From NCBI GenBank assembly GCA_964016885.1, contig OZ024744.1, positions 38,130,001 through 38,194,000 on the forward strand: a stretch of DNA of 64,000 nt. Reading direction: 5' to 3'. The first letter of the stretch is position 1. The number at the start of each line of letters is the position of its first letter. Origin of the DNA: Eledone cirrhosa (taxonomy: Eukaryota). Of the stretch, positions 40,801 through 61,800 are shown piece after piece. The position numbers and the translations under genes are program-made. The notes beneath the pieces are model-generated. The model was not told the DNA's origin, did no database searches, and was given only the letters and a program-made list of their open reading frames with translations.

Positions 40801-43800
40801 TATAACACTACACATATATCACTAGACCTATGACATTTCATATTACACAACGCATATGACACTACATATAAGACGCTACATATATGATACTACATATATG
40901 AGAGTACACATATGACACTACACATGTGACACTACACATTTGACACTACAAATATGACACTACACATATGACACTACACATATGATACTACGCATATGAC
41001 ACTACACGTATAACACTACACATATGACACTACACATATGACACTACAAATATGACATTACATATATAACACTACACATATGACACTATACATATGACAC
41101 TACACCTATGACAATACATATGACACTACGCATATGACACTATGACACTACACAATATGACACTACACTACGACACTACACATATGACAGTTCACTATGA
41201 CTCTCCACTATGACACTACACTATGACAATACACATATGACACTACACATATGACACATATAGTACATATGACACTTATGACACATATGACACATATGGC
41301 ATTACACATATGATACTACACATATGACACTACACATATAACACTACACATGAGACTACAGATATGACACTACACATATGAGACTACACATATGTCACTA
41401 CACATGTGACACTACATATGTGTCACTACATATGAGACTACACATTTGACACTAAATTATGACACTACACTATGACACTACACCTATGACACTACACATA
41501 TGACACTACATATATGACACTACATATATGACACTACACATATGACACTACGTACATGACACTATGACCTACACATATGACACTAGACATATGACACTAC
41601 AGATATAAAACTACAGATATGACACTACGTATAAGACACTACACATATGACACTACACATGTGACTCTACACATGTAACACTACATATGACACTACACAT
41701 ATGACACTAATATATGACACTACATATATTACACTACACTATGACACTACACTATGACACTACACCTATGACATTATGACACTACATATATGACACTACA
41801 AATATGACACTATGACACTACACTTATGACACTAGAGGTATAACACTACACATATGTAACTACATATAAGACCACACATATGACACTACACATGTGACAC
41901 TACACATGTGATACAACATATGACACTACACATATGACACTGCTTATATGAAACTACACATATTACACTACACTATGACACTACACTATGACACTACACT
42001 ATGACACTACAGTATGACACTAAATTATGACACTACACATATGACACTACACATATGTCACTACACATTTGACACTACACTATGACACTACACATATGAG
42101 ACTATGACACTACACATATGACACTACACATATGACATTACACATATCACACTACATATATGACGGCACATATATGACACTACGCATATAAGACCACACA
42201 TGTGACACTTCATATGACACTACACATATGACAATACATATATGACACTACACATATTACACTACACATATATCACTACACCTATGACATTTCATATGAC
42301 ACTACGCATCTGAGAATATGACACTACACATATGACACTCCACATGACACTACACATATGACACTACACATACGACACGACACATATGTCACTACACATG
42401 TGATATTGCACATGTGTCACTACATATGACACTACACATATGACACTAAATTATGACACTACAGTATGACACTACACATATGACACTACACATATGTCAC
42501 TACACATGTGACACTACACATGTGTCACTACATATGACACTACACATATGACACTACATATATGACACTACATATATGACACTACACATATGACACTACA
42601 TACATGACACTATGAACTTCACATATGACACTACACATATGACACTACAGATATAACACTACAGATATGATACTACGTATAAACACTACACATATGACAC
42701 TATACATGTGACTCTACACATGTAACACTACATATGACACTACACATATGACACTAATATATGACACTACATATATTAAACTACACTATGACACTACACT
42801 ATGACACTACATCTATGATTCTGCACATATAACACTACACATATGAAGCTATACATATAACAGTAAACATATATGACACTACATATATGACACTACACCT
42901 ATTACACTACACATATATCACTACACCTATGACATTTCATATTACACTACGCATATGACACTACATATAAGACGCTACATATATGATACTACATATATGA
43001 GAGTACACATATGACACTACACATGTGACACTACACATTTGACACTACAAATATGACACTACACATATGACACTACACATATGATACCACGCATATGACA
43101 CTACACGTATAACACTACACATATGACACTACACATATGACACTACAAATATGACATTACATATATAACACTACACATATGACACTATACATATGACACT
43201 ACACCTATGACAATACATATGACACTACGCATATGACACTATGACACTAAACAATATGACACTACACTACGACACTACACATATGACAGTTCACTATGAC
43301 TCTCCACTATGACACTACACTATGACAATACACATATGACACGACACATATGAAACTACATATATGACACTACACATATGACGCTACACATGTGACACTA
43401 CACATATGACAATACATATATAACACTACACATGTTACACTACACATATGACACATATAGTACATATGACACATATGACACATTTGACACATATGGCATT
43501 ACACATATGATACTACACATATGACACTACACATATAACACTACACATGACACTACAGATATGACACTACACATATGAGACTACACATATGTCACTACAC
43601 ATGTGACACTACACATGTGTCACTACATATGAGACTACACATTTGACACTAAATTATGACACTACACTATGACACTACACCTATGACACTACACATATGA
43701 CACTACATATATGACACTACATATATGACACTACACATATGACACTACGTACATGACACTATGACCTACACATATGACACTAGACATATGACACTACAGA

Positions 43801-46800
43801 TATAAAACTACAGATATGACACTACGTATAAGACACTACACATATGACACTACACATGTGACTCTACACATGTAACACTACATATGACACTACACATATG
43901 ACACTAATATATGACACTACATATATTACACTACACTATGACACTACACGATGACACTACACTATGACACTACACCTATGACATTATGACACTACATATA
44001 TGACACTACAAATATGACACTATGACACTACACTTATGACACTAGAGGTATAAAACTACACATATGTAACTACATATAAGTCCACACATATGACACTACA
44101 CATGTGACACTACACATGTGATACAACATATGACACTACACATATGACACTGCATATATGACACTACACATATTACACTACACTATGACACTACACTATG
44201 ACACTACAGTATGACACTAAATTATGACACTACACATATGACACTACACATATGTCACTACACATTTGACACTACACTATGACACTACACATATGAGACA
44301 ATGACACTACACATATGACACTACACATATGACATTACACATATCACACTACATATATGACGGCACATATATGACACTACACATATAAGACCACACACGT
44401 GACACTACACATGTGACACTACACATGTGACACTTCATATGACACTACACATATGACAATACATATATGACACTACACATATTACACTACACATATATCA
44501 CTACACCTATGACATTTCATATGACACTACGCATCTGAGAATATGACACTACACATATGACACTACGTTATGACACTACGCTATGACACTACACATATGT
44601 CAATACACATTTGACACTACAATATGACACTACACATATGACACTATACATATGACACTACACATATGACACTACACCTGTGATACTATACATATAACGC
44701 TCACATATGACACTACACACATGACACTATGACACTACAAATATGAGACTACATATATAACACTACACATGTGACACTACACATGACACTACACATGTGA
44801 CATTACATATATGACACTGCATATATGAGACTACACTATGACACTACACTATGACACTCCACTATGACGCTACACATATGACACTAAACATGTAACATTA
44901 CACATGTGTCACTACATATGACACTACACATATGACACTACATATATGACACTACACATGACAGTACCCTATGAGACTACACTATGCCACTACACCTATG
45001 ACACTACACATATGACACTACATATATGACACTACGCATATGACACAACATATATAACATTACACATATATAACACTACACATATGACCCTACACATGTG
45101 ACACTTCATATATGACGCCACATATATGACACTACACATATGAGACTAATTATAGGACACTACACATGTGACACTACACATAAGACAATACATATATGAC
45201 ACTACACATGTTACACTACACATATGACACTACACATATGGCACTACACATGTGACACTACACCTGTGATACTATACATATAACGCTACACATATGACAC
45301 TACACACATGACACTATGACACTACAAATATGTGACTACACATATGACACTACACATATGACACTACATATATGACTGTACATATGTAACACTACACATA
45401 TGACACTACATATATGACACTACACATATAACACTAACATATGACACTACACATATGACACTACACATATGACACTACACCTATGATACTACACATATGA
45501 CACTACACATATGACACTACACGTATGACACTACACCTACGTCACTACACTTATGACACTCTACCTATGACACTACAAATGGCACTACACATATGACACT
45601 ACACATATGACACTACACCTGTGACACTACACATATAACGCTACACATATGACACTACACATGTGAAACAACACATTTGACCCTACACATATGACACTAC
45701 ACATATGACACTACACAGATGACACTACACATATGACACTTGACATATGACATTACACATGTGACACTACACCTATGACACTACACATATGACACTGCAC
45801 ATATGACACTACACATGTGACACTACACATATGAACTTACACATGTGACACTTCATATATGAAGCCACATATATGACACTACACATATGAGTCTACTTAT
45901 AGGACACTACACATGTGACACTACACATATGACACTACACATATGGCACTACACATGTGACACTGCACATACCACACAACACAATGTCACTACACATATT
46001 ACACTACACATGTGACACTACACATCTGACACTAGACATATGATATTACAAAAGTGATATTACATATATGATACTACACATACGACACTATACATATGAC
46101 ACTACACATAACACTACACATATGACACTACACATATGACACTACACATATGACAATACACATATGACAGTACACATATGACATTACACATGTGACACTA
46201 CACATGTGTCACTAAACTATGATACTACACTATAACACTACACCTATGACACTACACATATGACACTATGACCTACACATATGACACTACACAGATGACA
46301 CTACAGATATAACACTACACATATGACACTACGTATATGACACGACACATATGACACTACACATATGACACTTCACATGTGACACTAAATGTGACACTAC
46401 ACATATGACACTAATATATGACACTACATATATGACACTACACTATGACACTACACTATGACACTCCACCTATGACTGCACAGATGACAGTACAATTTGG
46501 AACTATACATAGAACAATACAAATATGTGACTCTACACATATGATACTACATATGTGACACTACACCTATGACACTATGACAATACATATATGACAATAC
46601 AAATATGACACTATGACACTACATATATGACAATACAAATATGACACTATGACACTACATATATGACAATACAAATATGACACCATGACACTACATATAT
46701 GACAATACAAATATGACACTATGACATATTTCACTACAGATTAAACACTACAAATATGAAACTAGATATAAGACACTACACATATGACACTAGACTTATG

Positions 46801-49800
46801 ACACTACGCATATGACACTACACATATGACACTACACATATGACACTACACATATGACACTACATATAAGACGCTACATATATGACACTACACATATGAG
46901 AGTACATATATGACACTACACATGTGACACTACACATTTGACAGTACGCATAAGACACTACACGTATAACACTACACGTATGACGCTACACATACGACAC
47001 TACTAATATGACATTACCCCTATGACACTCCACATTTGACACTACACATATGATACTACACATCTATGGCATTACACATATGGCACTACACGTGAGACAC
47101 TACACATGTGATACTACACATGTGACACAACACCATGACACTACAATATGACACTATGTCTATGACACTACACTTTAGACACTACACCTATGACACTACA
47201 CATATCACACTCCACATTTCACTACACATATGACACTACACATATGACACGACACATATGTCACTACACATGTGACACTGCACATGTGTCACTACATATG
47301 ACACTACACATATGACACTAAATTATGACACTACAGTATGACACTACACATATGGCACTTCATATATGACACTACACATATGACAGTATGACAAAACACA
47401 TATGACACTATATATATGACACTACACATATCACACTACACATATGACACTACACCTGTAACACTACACTTATAACGCTACACATATGATACTTTACATA
47501 TGACACTACACCTATGACACTACACATATGACACTACACATATGACACTACACGTATGACGCTGCATATGACACTGCACATATAACACTACACATGACCC
47601 TACAAATATGACACTATATATATGACACTACACATATGACACTAGACATATGACACTACATATATGACACTACACATATGACACTACACACATGACACTA
47701 CACATATGGCATTACACATATGATACTACTCATATGACACTACACATATGACACTCCACATGACACTACACATATGACACTACACATACGACACGACACA
47801 TATGTCACTACACATGTGATACTGCACATGTGTCACTACATATGACACTACACATATGACACTAAATTATGACACTACAGTATGACACTACACATATGAC
47901 ACTACACATATGACACTACACATATGTCACTACACATGTGACACTACACATGTGTCACTACATATGACACTACACATATGACACTACATATATGACACTA
48001 CATATATGACACTACACATATGACACTACATACATGACACTATGACCCTTCACATATGACACTACACATATGACACTACAGATATAACACTACAGATATG
48101 ATACTACGTATAAACACTACACATATGACACTATACATGTGACTCTACATATGTAACACTACATATGACACTACACATATGACACTAATATATGACACTA
48201 CATATATTAAACTACACTATGACACTACACTATAACACTACATCTATGATTCTGCACATATAACACTACACATATGAAGCTATACATATAACAGTAAACA
48301 TATATGACACTACATATATGACACTACACATATTACACTACACATATATCACTACACCTATGACATTTCATATTACACAACGCATATGACACTACATATA
48401 AGACGCTACATATATGATACTACATATATGAGAGTACACATATGACACTACACATGTGACACTACACATTTGACACTACAAATATAACACTACACATATG
48501 ACACTACACATATGATACTACGCATATGACACAACACGTATAACACTACACATATGACACTACACATATGACACTACAAATATGACATTACATATATAAC
48601 ACTACACATATGACACTATACATATGACACTACACCTATGACAATACATATGACACTACGCATATGACACTATGACACTACACAATATGACACTACACTA
48701 CGACACTACACATATGACAGTTCACTATGACTCTCCACTATGACACTACACTATGACAATACACATATGACACTACACATATGAAACTACATATATGACA
48801 CTACACATATGACGCTACACATGTGACACTACACATATGACAATACATATATAACACTACACATGTTACACTAGACATATGACACATATAGTACATATGA
48901 CACATATGACACATATGGCATTACACATATGATACTACACATATGACACTACACATATAACACTACACATGACACTACAGATATGACACTACACATATGA
49001 GACTACACATATGTCACTACACATGTGACACTACACATGTGTCACTACATATGAGACTACACATTTGACACTAAATTATGACACTACACTATGACACTAC
49101 ACCTAAGACACTACACATATGACACTACATATATGACACTACATATATGACACTACACATATGACACTACGTACATGACACTATGACCTACACATATGAC
49201 ACTAGACATATGACACTACAGATATAAAACTACAGATATGACACTACGTATAAGACACTACACATATGACACTACACATGTGACTCTACACATGTAACAC
49301 TACATATGACACTACACATATGACACTAATATATGACACTACATATATTACACTACACTATGACACTACACTATGACACTACACCTATGACATTATGACA
49401 CTACATATATGACACTACAAATATGACACTATGACACTACACTTATGACACTAGAGGTATAACACTACACATATGTAACTACATATAAGACCACACATAT
49501 GACACTACACATGTGACACTACACATATGAGACTATGACACTACACATATGACACTACACATATGACATTACACATATCACACTACATATATGACGGCAC
49601 ATATATGACACTACACATATAAGACCACACACGTGACACTAAACATGTGACACTACACATGTGACACTTCATATGACACTACACATATGACAATACATAT
49701 ATGACACTACACATATTACATTACACATATATCACTACACCTATGTCATTTCATATGACACTACGCATCTGAGAATATGACACTACACATATGACACTAC

Positions 49801-52800
49801 GTTATGACACTACGCTATGACACTACACATATGTCAATACACATTTGACACTACAATATGACACTACACATATGACATTATACATATGACACTACACATA
49901 TGACACTACACCTGTGATACTATACATATAACGCTCACATATGACACTTCACACATGACACTATGACACTACAAATATGAGACTACATATATAACACTAC
50001 ACATGTGACACTACACATGACACTACACATGTGACATTACATATATGACACTGCATATATGAGACTAGACTATGACACTACACTATGACACTCCACTATG
50101 ACGCTACACACATGACACTAAACATGTAACATTACACATGTGTCACTACATATGACACTACACATATGACACTACATATATGACACTACACATGACAGTA
50201 CCCTATGAGACTACACTATGCCACTACACCTATGACACTACACATATGACACTACATATATGACACTACACCCATGACACTACACCTGTGACACTACACA
50301 TATAACGCTGTACATATGACACTACACATATGACACTACACATATGACACTACACATGTGGGAATACACATATGACCCTACACATGTGACACTTCATATA
50401 TGACGCCACATATATGGCACTACACATATGAGACTACTTACAGGACACTACACATCAGACACTACACATGAGGCAATACATATATGACACTACACATGTG
50501 ACACTACACATATGACACTACACATATAGCACTACACATGTGACACTGCACATACCACACTACACTACGTCACTTCACAAATGACACTACACATATGACA
50601 CTACACATGTGACACTACACATCTGACACTACACATATGATATTACACAAGTGACATTACATATATGATACTACACATATGACACTACACATATGACACT
50701 ACACATATGACACTACATATATGACACAACACATATTACACTACACATTTAACACTACACCTATGACACTTCATATAACACTACGCATACGACACTATGA
50801 CACTACACATATGACACTACACTATGACACTACACTATGACACTACACTATGACACTTCACTATGACACTACACATATGACATTAGACATATGACACTAC
50901 AGATATGACACTACACCGGTGACATTACACATATTACGCTACACATATGACACTACACATATGACACTACACAGATCACACTACACCTATGACACTACAC
51001 ATATGACACTACATATAAGACACTACACACATGACACTACACATGTGACATTAAACATGTGGTACTACATATGACACTACACATATGACACAACCCCTTT
51101 CACACTACACATATGACACTGCAAATATAACAATACACATATGACACTACACATATGACACTACACATATGACACTACACATATGGCACTACACATATGT
51201 CACTACATATGACACTACAGATATGACACTATGACACAACACATATGACACAACACATATGACACTATATATATGACACTACACATATGACGCTACACAT
51301 ATGACATTACAGATATGACACTACATCTGTGACACTACACATATAACGCTACACATATGACACTACACATATGACAAAACATATATGGCACTACACATAT
51401 GACACTACACATATGACACTACACATAAGACACTAGACATATGATACGACGCATAGGACACTACACAAGTGACACTACACGTATGACACTACACATATAA
51501 CACTGCACATATGACACTACACATACGGCACTATATATATGACACTACACATATGACACTAGACATATGACACTAGACATATGACACTACACATATAACA
51601 CTACACATGTGACACTACATATAAGACGCTACATATATGACACTACACATATGAGAGTACATATATGACACTACACATGTGACACTACACATTTGACACT
51701 ACAAACATGACACTACAGATATGACACTACACATATGATACTACGCATATGACACTACACTTATAACACTACACATATGACATTACCCATATGACACTAC
51801 AAATATGACATTACCCTTATGACGCTACACATGTGACACTACATATATGACTCTACACATATGACACTACAAATATGACACTAGACATATGACACGACGC
51901 ATAGGACACTACACATGTGACACTACACGTATGACACTACACATATGACACTGCACATATAACACTACACACATGACACTACACATACGGCACTACACAT
52001 ATGACACTACACATATGATACTATGATACTACACATATGACACTACAATTATGACACTACACATATGACACTACACCTGTGACACTACATATATGACGCC
52101 ACATATATGACTCTACAGATATGATACTACACATATGACTACATATGACACTACACATGTGACATTACATATATGACACTACATATATGACACTACCCTA
52201 TGACACTACACATATGACACTACTCATATGACACCACACATATGACACTAGACCTGTGAGACTACACATATGACACTAAAAATACGACCCTACTCTTATG
52301 ACACTCCACCTATGATACTACATATGACACTACACATCTGATACTATGACAAAACACGTATGACACTACACATATTACGCTACATATATGAAACTACACA
52401 TATGACACTACACATGTGACACTACACATGTGACACTACACATATGAAACTACACATGTAACTACACATGTGTCACTACATATGACACTACACATATGAC
52501 ACTACATATATGACACTATACCTATGACACTACACATATGACACTACATATATGGCACTACACCTAATGAAACCCACACATATGACACTATAACACTACT
52601 CATATGACACTACAGGTATATAACTATACATATGAGACTACATATGAGACACTACACATATGACACTACACATGTGACACTACATATATGAGACTACACT
52701 ATACACTACACTATGCCACTAAACCTATGACACTACACATATGACACTACATATAAGATACTACAAATATGACACTACACATATGATGCTACACATATGG

Positions 52801-55800
52801 CACTACACATATATCACTACACGTATGACACTTCACTATGACACTACACATATGACACTACACATATGACACTACACATATGACACTACACATATGACAA
52901 TCCACTTATGACACTACATATAGGACACTACATGTGTGACACTACACATATGGCACTACACATATGACACTACACATGTAATACTACACATGTGTCTCTA
53001 CATTACATATGACACTACACATATAACACTACACCTATGACACTACAAATATGACACTACACATGTAACATTTCATATATATGACACTACACCTATGGCA
53101 CTACACATATGATACTACACATATGACAATACACATATGTCACTACCACTACACATATGACACTACACTTATGACACTACACATATGACAGAACACATAT
53201 GACACTACATATATGAGACTATACTACACCTAAGGAACTACACATATGATACTAAACACATGGCACTACACATGTGACACTACACATGTGATACTACCCA
53301 TGTGACACTACAAATATGACACTACACATATGACACTGCATATATGACACTACATATTTAACACTACACCTATGACACAATACATATATTACATTACACA
53401 TATGACACTAAACAGATGACACTACATATATGACACTACACATATGACACTACACGCATGACACTACATATATGACACTATATATATGACACTACACATA
53501 TGACATATATGACACTACACATATGAGACTACACATATGACACTACATATACGACACTACACATATGACACTACATATATGACACTACACATATGACGCT
53601 ACACGTATTGCATTACACATCTGATAATAGACATATGACACTACACATATGATAATAGACATATGACACTACACTACACCTATGGCACTACAGATATGAT
53701 GCTACACATATGACACTACACATATGACACTATACCTATCACACTACACATATGATACTGCATATATGACACTAGAACTATGACACTACACTTATGACAC
53801 TACAGGTATATAACTATACATATGACTCTACATATAAGACACTACACATATGACAATACAAATATGATACTACACATGTGACGCTACATAAGACACTACA
53901 CATGTGACACTACATATATGACACTACACATATGACACTACACTATGACACTACACTATGACACTACACTGATACTAAACCTATGACACTACACATATGA
54001 CACTACATATATATCATTACACATGTGACACTACACATATGACACTACACATATGACACTGCACATATTACACTACACATGTGACACTATATATGAGACT
54101 ACACATATGACACTACATATATGACACTACACATATGACAGTACACTATGACACTACACTAGGAGACTACATCTATGACACTACACATATGACAGTACAT
54201 TTATGAAACTATACCTATGACACCACACATATGACACAAGGCATTTAACACTACACATATATGAGACTACACGTATGACACTACATATATGACACTACAC
54301 ATAGGACAGTACATTTATGAAACTATACCTATGACACCACACATATGACACAAGACATTTAACACTACACATATATGACACTACATATACGACACTACAT
54401 ATATGACACAACACATATGACACAACACATATAACACTATATATATGACACAACATATAGACACTACACATATGCCACTACAAATATGACACTACACATA
54501 TGACACTAGACATATGACACTACATATATGACACTACATATATGACACTACACTTATGACACAAACACATATGACACTACAAATATGACACTACACATAT
54601 GACACTAGACATATGACACTACACATATGATACTACATATATGACACTAGATATATGACACTACACATATTGCACGACACATATGACACTACACCTATGA
54701 CACTTCATATGACACTACACATATGACAGTACACTATGACACTACATATATGACACTACACATATGACACTACACATATGACACTATATATATGACACTA
54801 CACATATGACACTACACATATAACAATTCATATATATGACACTACACCTATGGCACTGCACATATGATATTACACATATGACACTACACTTATGACACTA
54901 CACATATGACAGAAAACATACGACACTACACATATGAGACTATACTACACCTAAGGAACTACACATATGATACTACACATATGAGACTACATATATGATG
55001 CTACACGTGTGAAACTACACATGTCACACTACATATATGACACTACACATATGACACAGCCTATGTGACAATACATATTTAACACTACACCTATGACACA
55101 ATACACATATGACACTACACATATGACACTAAACAGATGACACTACATATATGACACTACACATATGACACTACACATGTGACACTACATATACGACACT
55201 ACACATATGACACTACATATATGACACTACACATATGCCACTACACATATGACACTACACATATGACACTACATATATGACACTACACATATGACACTAT
55301 ACATATTACCCTATACATCTGACACTACACATTTGACACTACACATATGACACTACACTACACCTATGGCACTACAGATATGATACTACACATATGACAC
55401 TACACAAATAACCCTACACATATGACACTACACTTATGACACTGCACGTATAACACTACAGTGTGACACTACATATATGGCACTACACATACAACACTAC
55501 ATATATGACACTACAACTATGACACTACACATATGACACTACAGGTATATAACTATACATATGACTCTGAATAAAATACACTAGACATATGACAATACAC
55601 ATGTGATACTACACATGTGACGCTACATTAAACAATACACATGTGACACTACATTTATGACACTACACATATGACACTAAACTATGACACTACACTATGA
55701 CACTAAACCTATGACACTACACATATGACGCTACATAACGGTCACTACACATATGACACAACACATATGACACTACACATGTGACACCACACATGTGTCA

Positions 55801-58800
55801 TTACATATGATAGTACACATATGACACTACATATATGACTCTACACCTATGACTCTACATATATGACACTACACATAGGACACTACATACAAGACACTAC
55901 ACATATGAAAATACACATGTGACTCTGCACATATGACACTACACCTATGACACTAGATATATGACACAACATATATGACACTACACATATGACACTACCC
56001 TATAACACTACACATATGACGCTACGCATATGACACCACACATATGACACTATACCTGTGAGACTACACATATGACACTACACTTATGACACTACACATA
56101 TGACACTACACCTACGACCCTACTCTTATGACACTTCACCTATGATACTACATATGACACTACACATATGATACTATGACACAACACATATGACACTATA
56201 TATTTGACACTACACATATTACACTACATATATGAAACTAGACATATGACACTACACATGTGACACTACACATGTGACACTACATATATGAGACTATACT
56301 AAACCTATGGAAATACACATATGATACTACACACATGACACTACACATGTGACACTACACATGTGACACTACATATATGACACTACACACATGACACTAC
56401 GCATGTGACACCACACATATAACACTACACATATAAACACTACACATATGACACTATATACATGACACTACACATATGACACTACACATATAAAATTTCA
56501 TATATATGACACTACACCTATGGCACTACACATATGATACTACACATATGACAATACACATATGTCACTACACATATGACACTACACTTATGACACTACA
56601 CATATGACAGAACACATATTACACTACATATATGAGACTATACTACACCTAATGAACTACACATATGATACTACACACATGACACTACACATGTGACACT
56701 ACACATGTGACACTACGCATGTTACACTACATATATGACACTACACATATGACACTGCATATATGACACTACATATTTAACACCTATGACACAATACATA
56801 TATTACATTACACATATGACACTAAACAGATCACACTACATATATGACACTACACATATGACACAACACATATGACACTACACATGTGACACCACACATG
56901 TGTCATTACATATGATAGTACACATATGACACTACATATATGACTCTACACCTATGACTCTACACATATGACACTACACATCTGACACTATGACACTACA
57001 CATATGACACTATGACACTACACATATGACACTACACATATGACACTATGACACTACACATATGACAATACACATATGACACTACACATGTGACACTATA
57101 TATGAGAGTACACATATGACACTACATATATGACACTACACATATGACAGTACACTAAGACACTACACATCTGACACTATGACACTACACATATGACACT
57201 ATGACACTACACATATGACACTATGACACTACACATATGACAATACACATATGACACTACACATGTGACACTATATATGAGAGTACACATATGACACTAC
57301 ATATATGACACTACACATATGACAGTACACTAAGACACTACACTAGAAAACTACACCTATGACACTACACATATCACATTAGACAATACATTTATGACAC
57401 TATACATTTACCACTACACACATATGACACAAGACATTTACCACTACACATATATGAGACTACACGTATGGCACTACATATATGACACTACACATAGGAC
57501 ACTACACATATGACACTACACATATGACAATACACATATGACACTACATATATGACACTACATATATGACACTACACATATGACACAACACATATGACAC
57601 TACATATATGACACTACATATACACACTACACTTATGCCACTACAAATATGACACTACACATATGACACTACACATATGACACTACATATATGACACTAC
57701 ACATGTGACACTACACACGTGACACTACATATATGACACTACACATATGGCACTACATATATGACACTACATATATTCACTACACGTTGACACAAACACA
57801 TATGACACTACACATATGAGACTACACATATGACACTACATATATGACACTACACATATGACACTACATATATGACACTACACATATGACACTACATATA
57901 TGACAACACATATGACACTACACATATGACACTACACATATAAGACTGCACATATGACATATATGACACTACAAATATGACACTATATATATGACACTAC
58001 AGATATGACGCTTCACATATGACACTACACATATGAAACTACACATCTGACACTACACATATGACACTACACATATGACACTACACTACACATATGGCAC
58101 TACACATATGATACTACACATATGGCTCTAAATAAATGACACTAGATATATGACCCTACACATATGACACTGCATATATGACATTACAGGTGTGACAATA
58201 CACATATGGCACTACACATATGACACTACACATATGACACTATACCTATGACACTACACATATCACAATACATATATGACATTACACATATTGCACTGCA
58301 CATATGACACTAAACCTATGACACAAGACATATGACACTACAAATATGACACTATGACACTACACATATGACACTACAGATATAACACTACACATGATAC
58401 TACATATAAGACACTACACATATGAGGGTATACATGTGAGAGTACATTTGGTACTACACTATGACACTGCACTATGACACTACACATATGACAGTACTCT
58501 ATGACACTACACTATGACACTACACATATAACACTACACATATGATATAACATATATGACACTACACATATGACACTACACATATACCACTACACATATG
58601 ACACTACACTACACATATGACACTCCAGATATGACACTACACATGTATCACTACACATGTGTCACTACATATATGAGACTACACATATGACACTACGCAT
58701 AGGATACTACATATATGACACTACACATTTGACACTATGACACTACACATATGACACTACTCATGTTACACTACACATGTGACACTACATATGACACTAT

Positions 58801-61800
58801 ACATATGACACTTCATATATGACACTACACATATGACACTACACTATGACATAACGATATGACCCTAAACCTATGATAATACACATATGACACTACATAT
58901 ATGACACTGCAATTGTCACCCTCCACATATGACACTACTCATATTGCACTACACATATAACACTACACATATGACACTTCAATATGACACTACACTATGA
59001 CACTATACATATGACACTACACATGTGATACTACACATGTGTCACTGCATATGACACTACACATTAGACACTACATATATGAAACTACACCTATGACCCT
59101 ACACATATGACACTAAATATATGACTCTACACCTGTGACATTACACGTATGACACTACACTATGACACTACACATATTACACTACACATATGACACTACA
59201 TATATGACACTACACATATGACACTACTCATATGACACAAAAATATGTCACACTACATATATGACACTACACATTAAACTACACATATGACACTACATAT
59301 ATGACACTACACATGTGACACTAGACATGTCACACTACATAAATGATACTACACATATGACACTACAAATATGAAACTACACCTATGACACAATACACAT
59401 ATGCCACTACACATATGACACTATACTACACTTAAGGCACTACACATATCACACTACACATATGACACTACACATAAGACACTACACATATGACACTACA
59501 CATATGACACCACATGTGTGACACTACACATATGGCACTACACATATGAGACTACACATATGACACTACATATATGACACTACACGTATGAAACTACACA
59601 TGTAACACTACACATGTGTAACTTCGTATGACACTACATATATGACACTACATATATGACACTATACCTATGACACTACACATATGACACTATGACAATG
59701 CACATATGACACTACAGGTATATAACTATACATATGACACTACTTCTGAGACACTACATCTATGACACTACACATGTGACATTTCACATGTGACACAACA
59801 TATGACACTACTCATATGACACTACATATATGACACTAACATATGACACATATGATACTACACATATGGCACTACACATATGTCACTACACATATGACAC
59901 GTCACTATGACATTACACATATCACACTACAAATTTGACACTACACATATGACACTATACTACACCTATGGCACTACAAATATGAAACTACACATATGAC
60001 ACTACACTTATGACACTACACATAAGACACTACATGTGTGACACTGCACATATGGCACTACATATGACACTTCACATATGACACTACACATATGACACTA
60101 CACATATGACACTACACATGTGACACTACACATAAGACACGACATATAAGACACTACACCTATGACACTACAAATATGACACTAAGACACTACACATATG
60201 ACACTACAGATTTAAAACTACAGATATTAAACTACATACAAGACGCTACACATATAACACTACACATGTGACACTACACATGTGACACTACATATGACAC
60301 TACACATATGACCCTACATATATGACACTACACATATTACACTACACATATGACACTACAGATTTAAAACTACAGATATTAAACTACATACAAGACGCTA
60401 CACATATAACACTACACATATGACACTACATATATGACACTACATATACACACTACACTTATGCCACTACAAATATGACACTACACATATGACACTACAC
60501 ATATGACACTACATATATGACACTACACATGTGACACTACACATGTGACACTACATATATGACACTACACATATGGCACTACATATATGACACTACATAT
60601 ATTCACTACACGTTGACACAAACACATATGACACTACACATATGAGACTACACATATGACACTACATATATGACACTACACATATGACACTACATATATG
60701 ACACTACACATATAACACTACATATATGACAACACATATGACACTACACATATGACACTACACATATAAAACTGCACATATGACATATATGACACTACAA
60801 ATATGACACTATATATATGACACTACAGATATGACGCTTCACATATGACACTACACATATGAAACTACACATCTGACACTACACATATGACACTACACAT
60901 ATGACACTACACTACACATATGGCACTACACATATGATACTACACATATGGCTCTAAATAAATTACACTAGATATATGACCCTACACATATGGCACTGCA
61001 TATATGACATTACAGGTGTGACAAAACACATATGGCACTACACATATGACACTACACATATGACACTATACCTATGACACTACACATATCACAATACATA
61101 TATGATACTACACATATTGCACTACACATATGACACTACACTATGACACTAAACCTATGACACAACACATATGACACTACAAATATGACACTATGACACT
61201 ACACATATGACACTACAGATATAACACTACACATGATACTACATATAAGTCACTACACATATGAGGCTATACATGTGAGAGTACATTTCGTACTACACTA
61301 TGACACTGCACTATGACACTACACATATGACAGTACTCTATGACACTACACTATGACACTACACATATAACACTACACATATGATATAACATATATGACA
61401 CTACACATATGACACTACACATATACCACTAGACATATGACACTACACTACACATATGACACTCCAGATATGACACTACACATGTATCACTACACATGTG
61501 TCACTACATATATGAGACTACACCTATGACACTACGCATAGGACACTACATATATGACACTACACATTTGACACTATGACACTACACCTATGACACTACA
61601 AATATGACACTAAGACACTACACATATGACACTACAGATTTAAAACTACAGATATTAAACTACATACAAGACGCTACACATATAACACTACACATGTGAC
61701 ACTACACATGTGACACTACATATGACACTACACATATGACCCTACATATATGACACTACACATATTACACTACACATATGACACTACACCTATGACACTT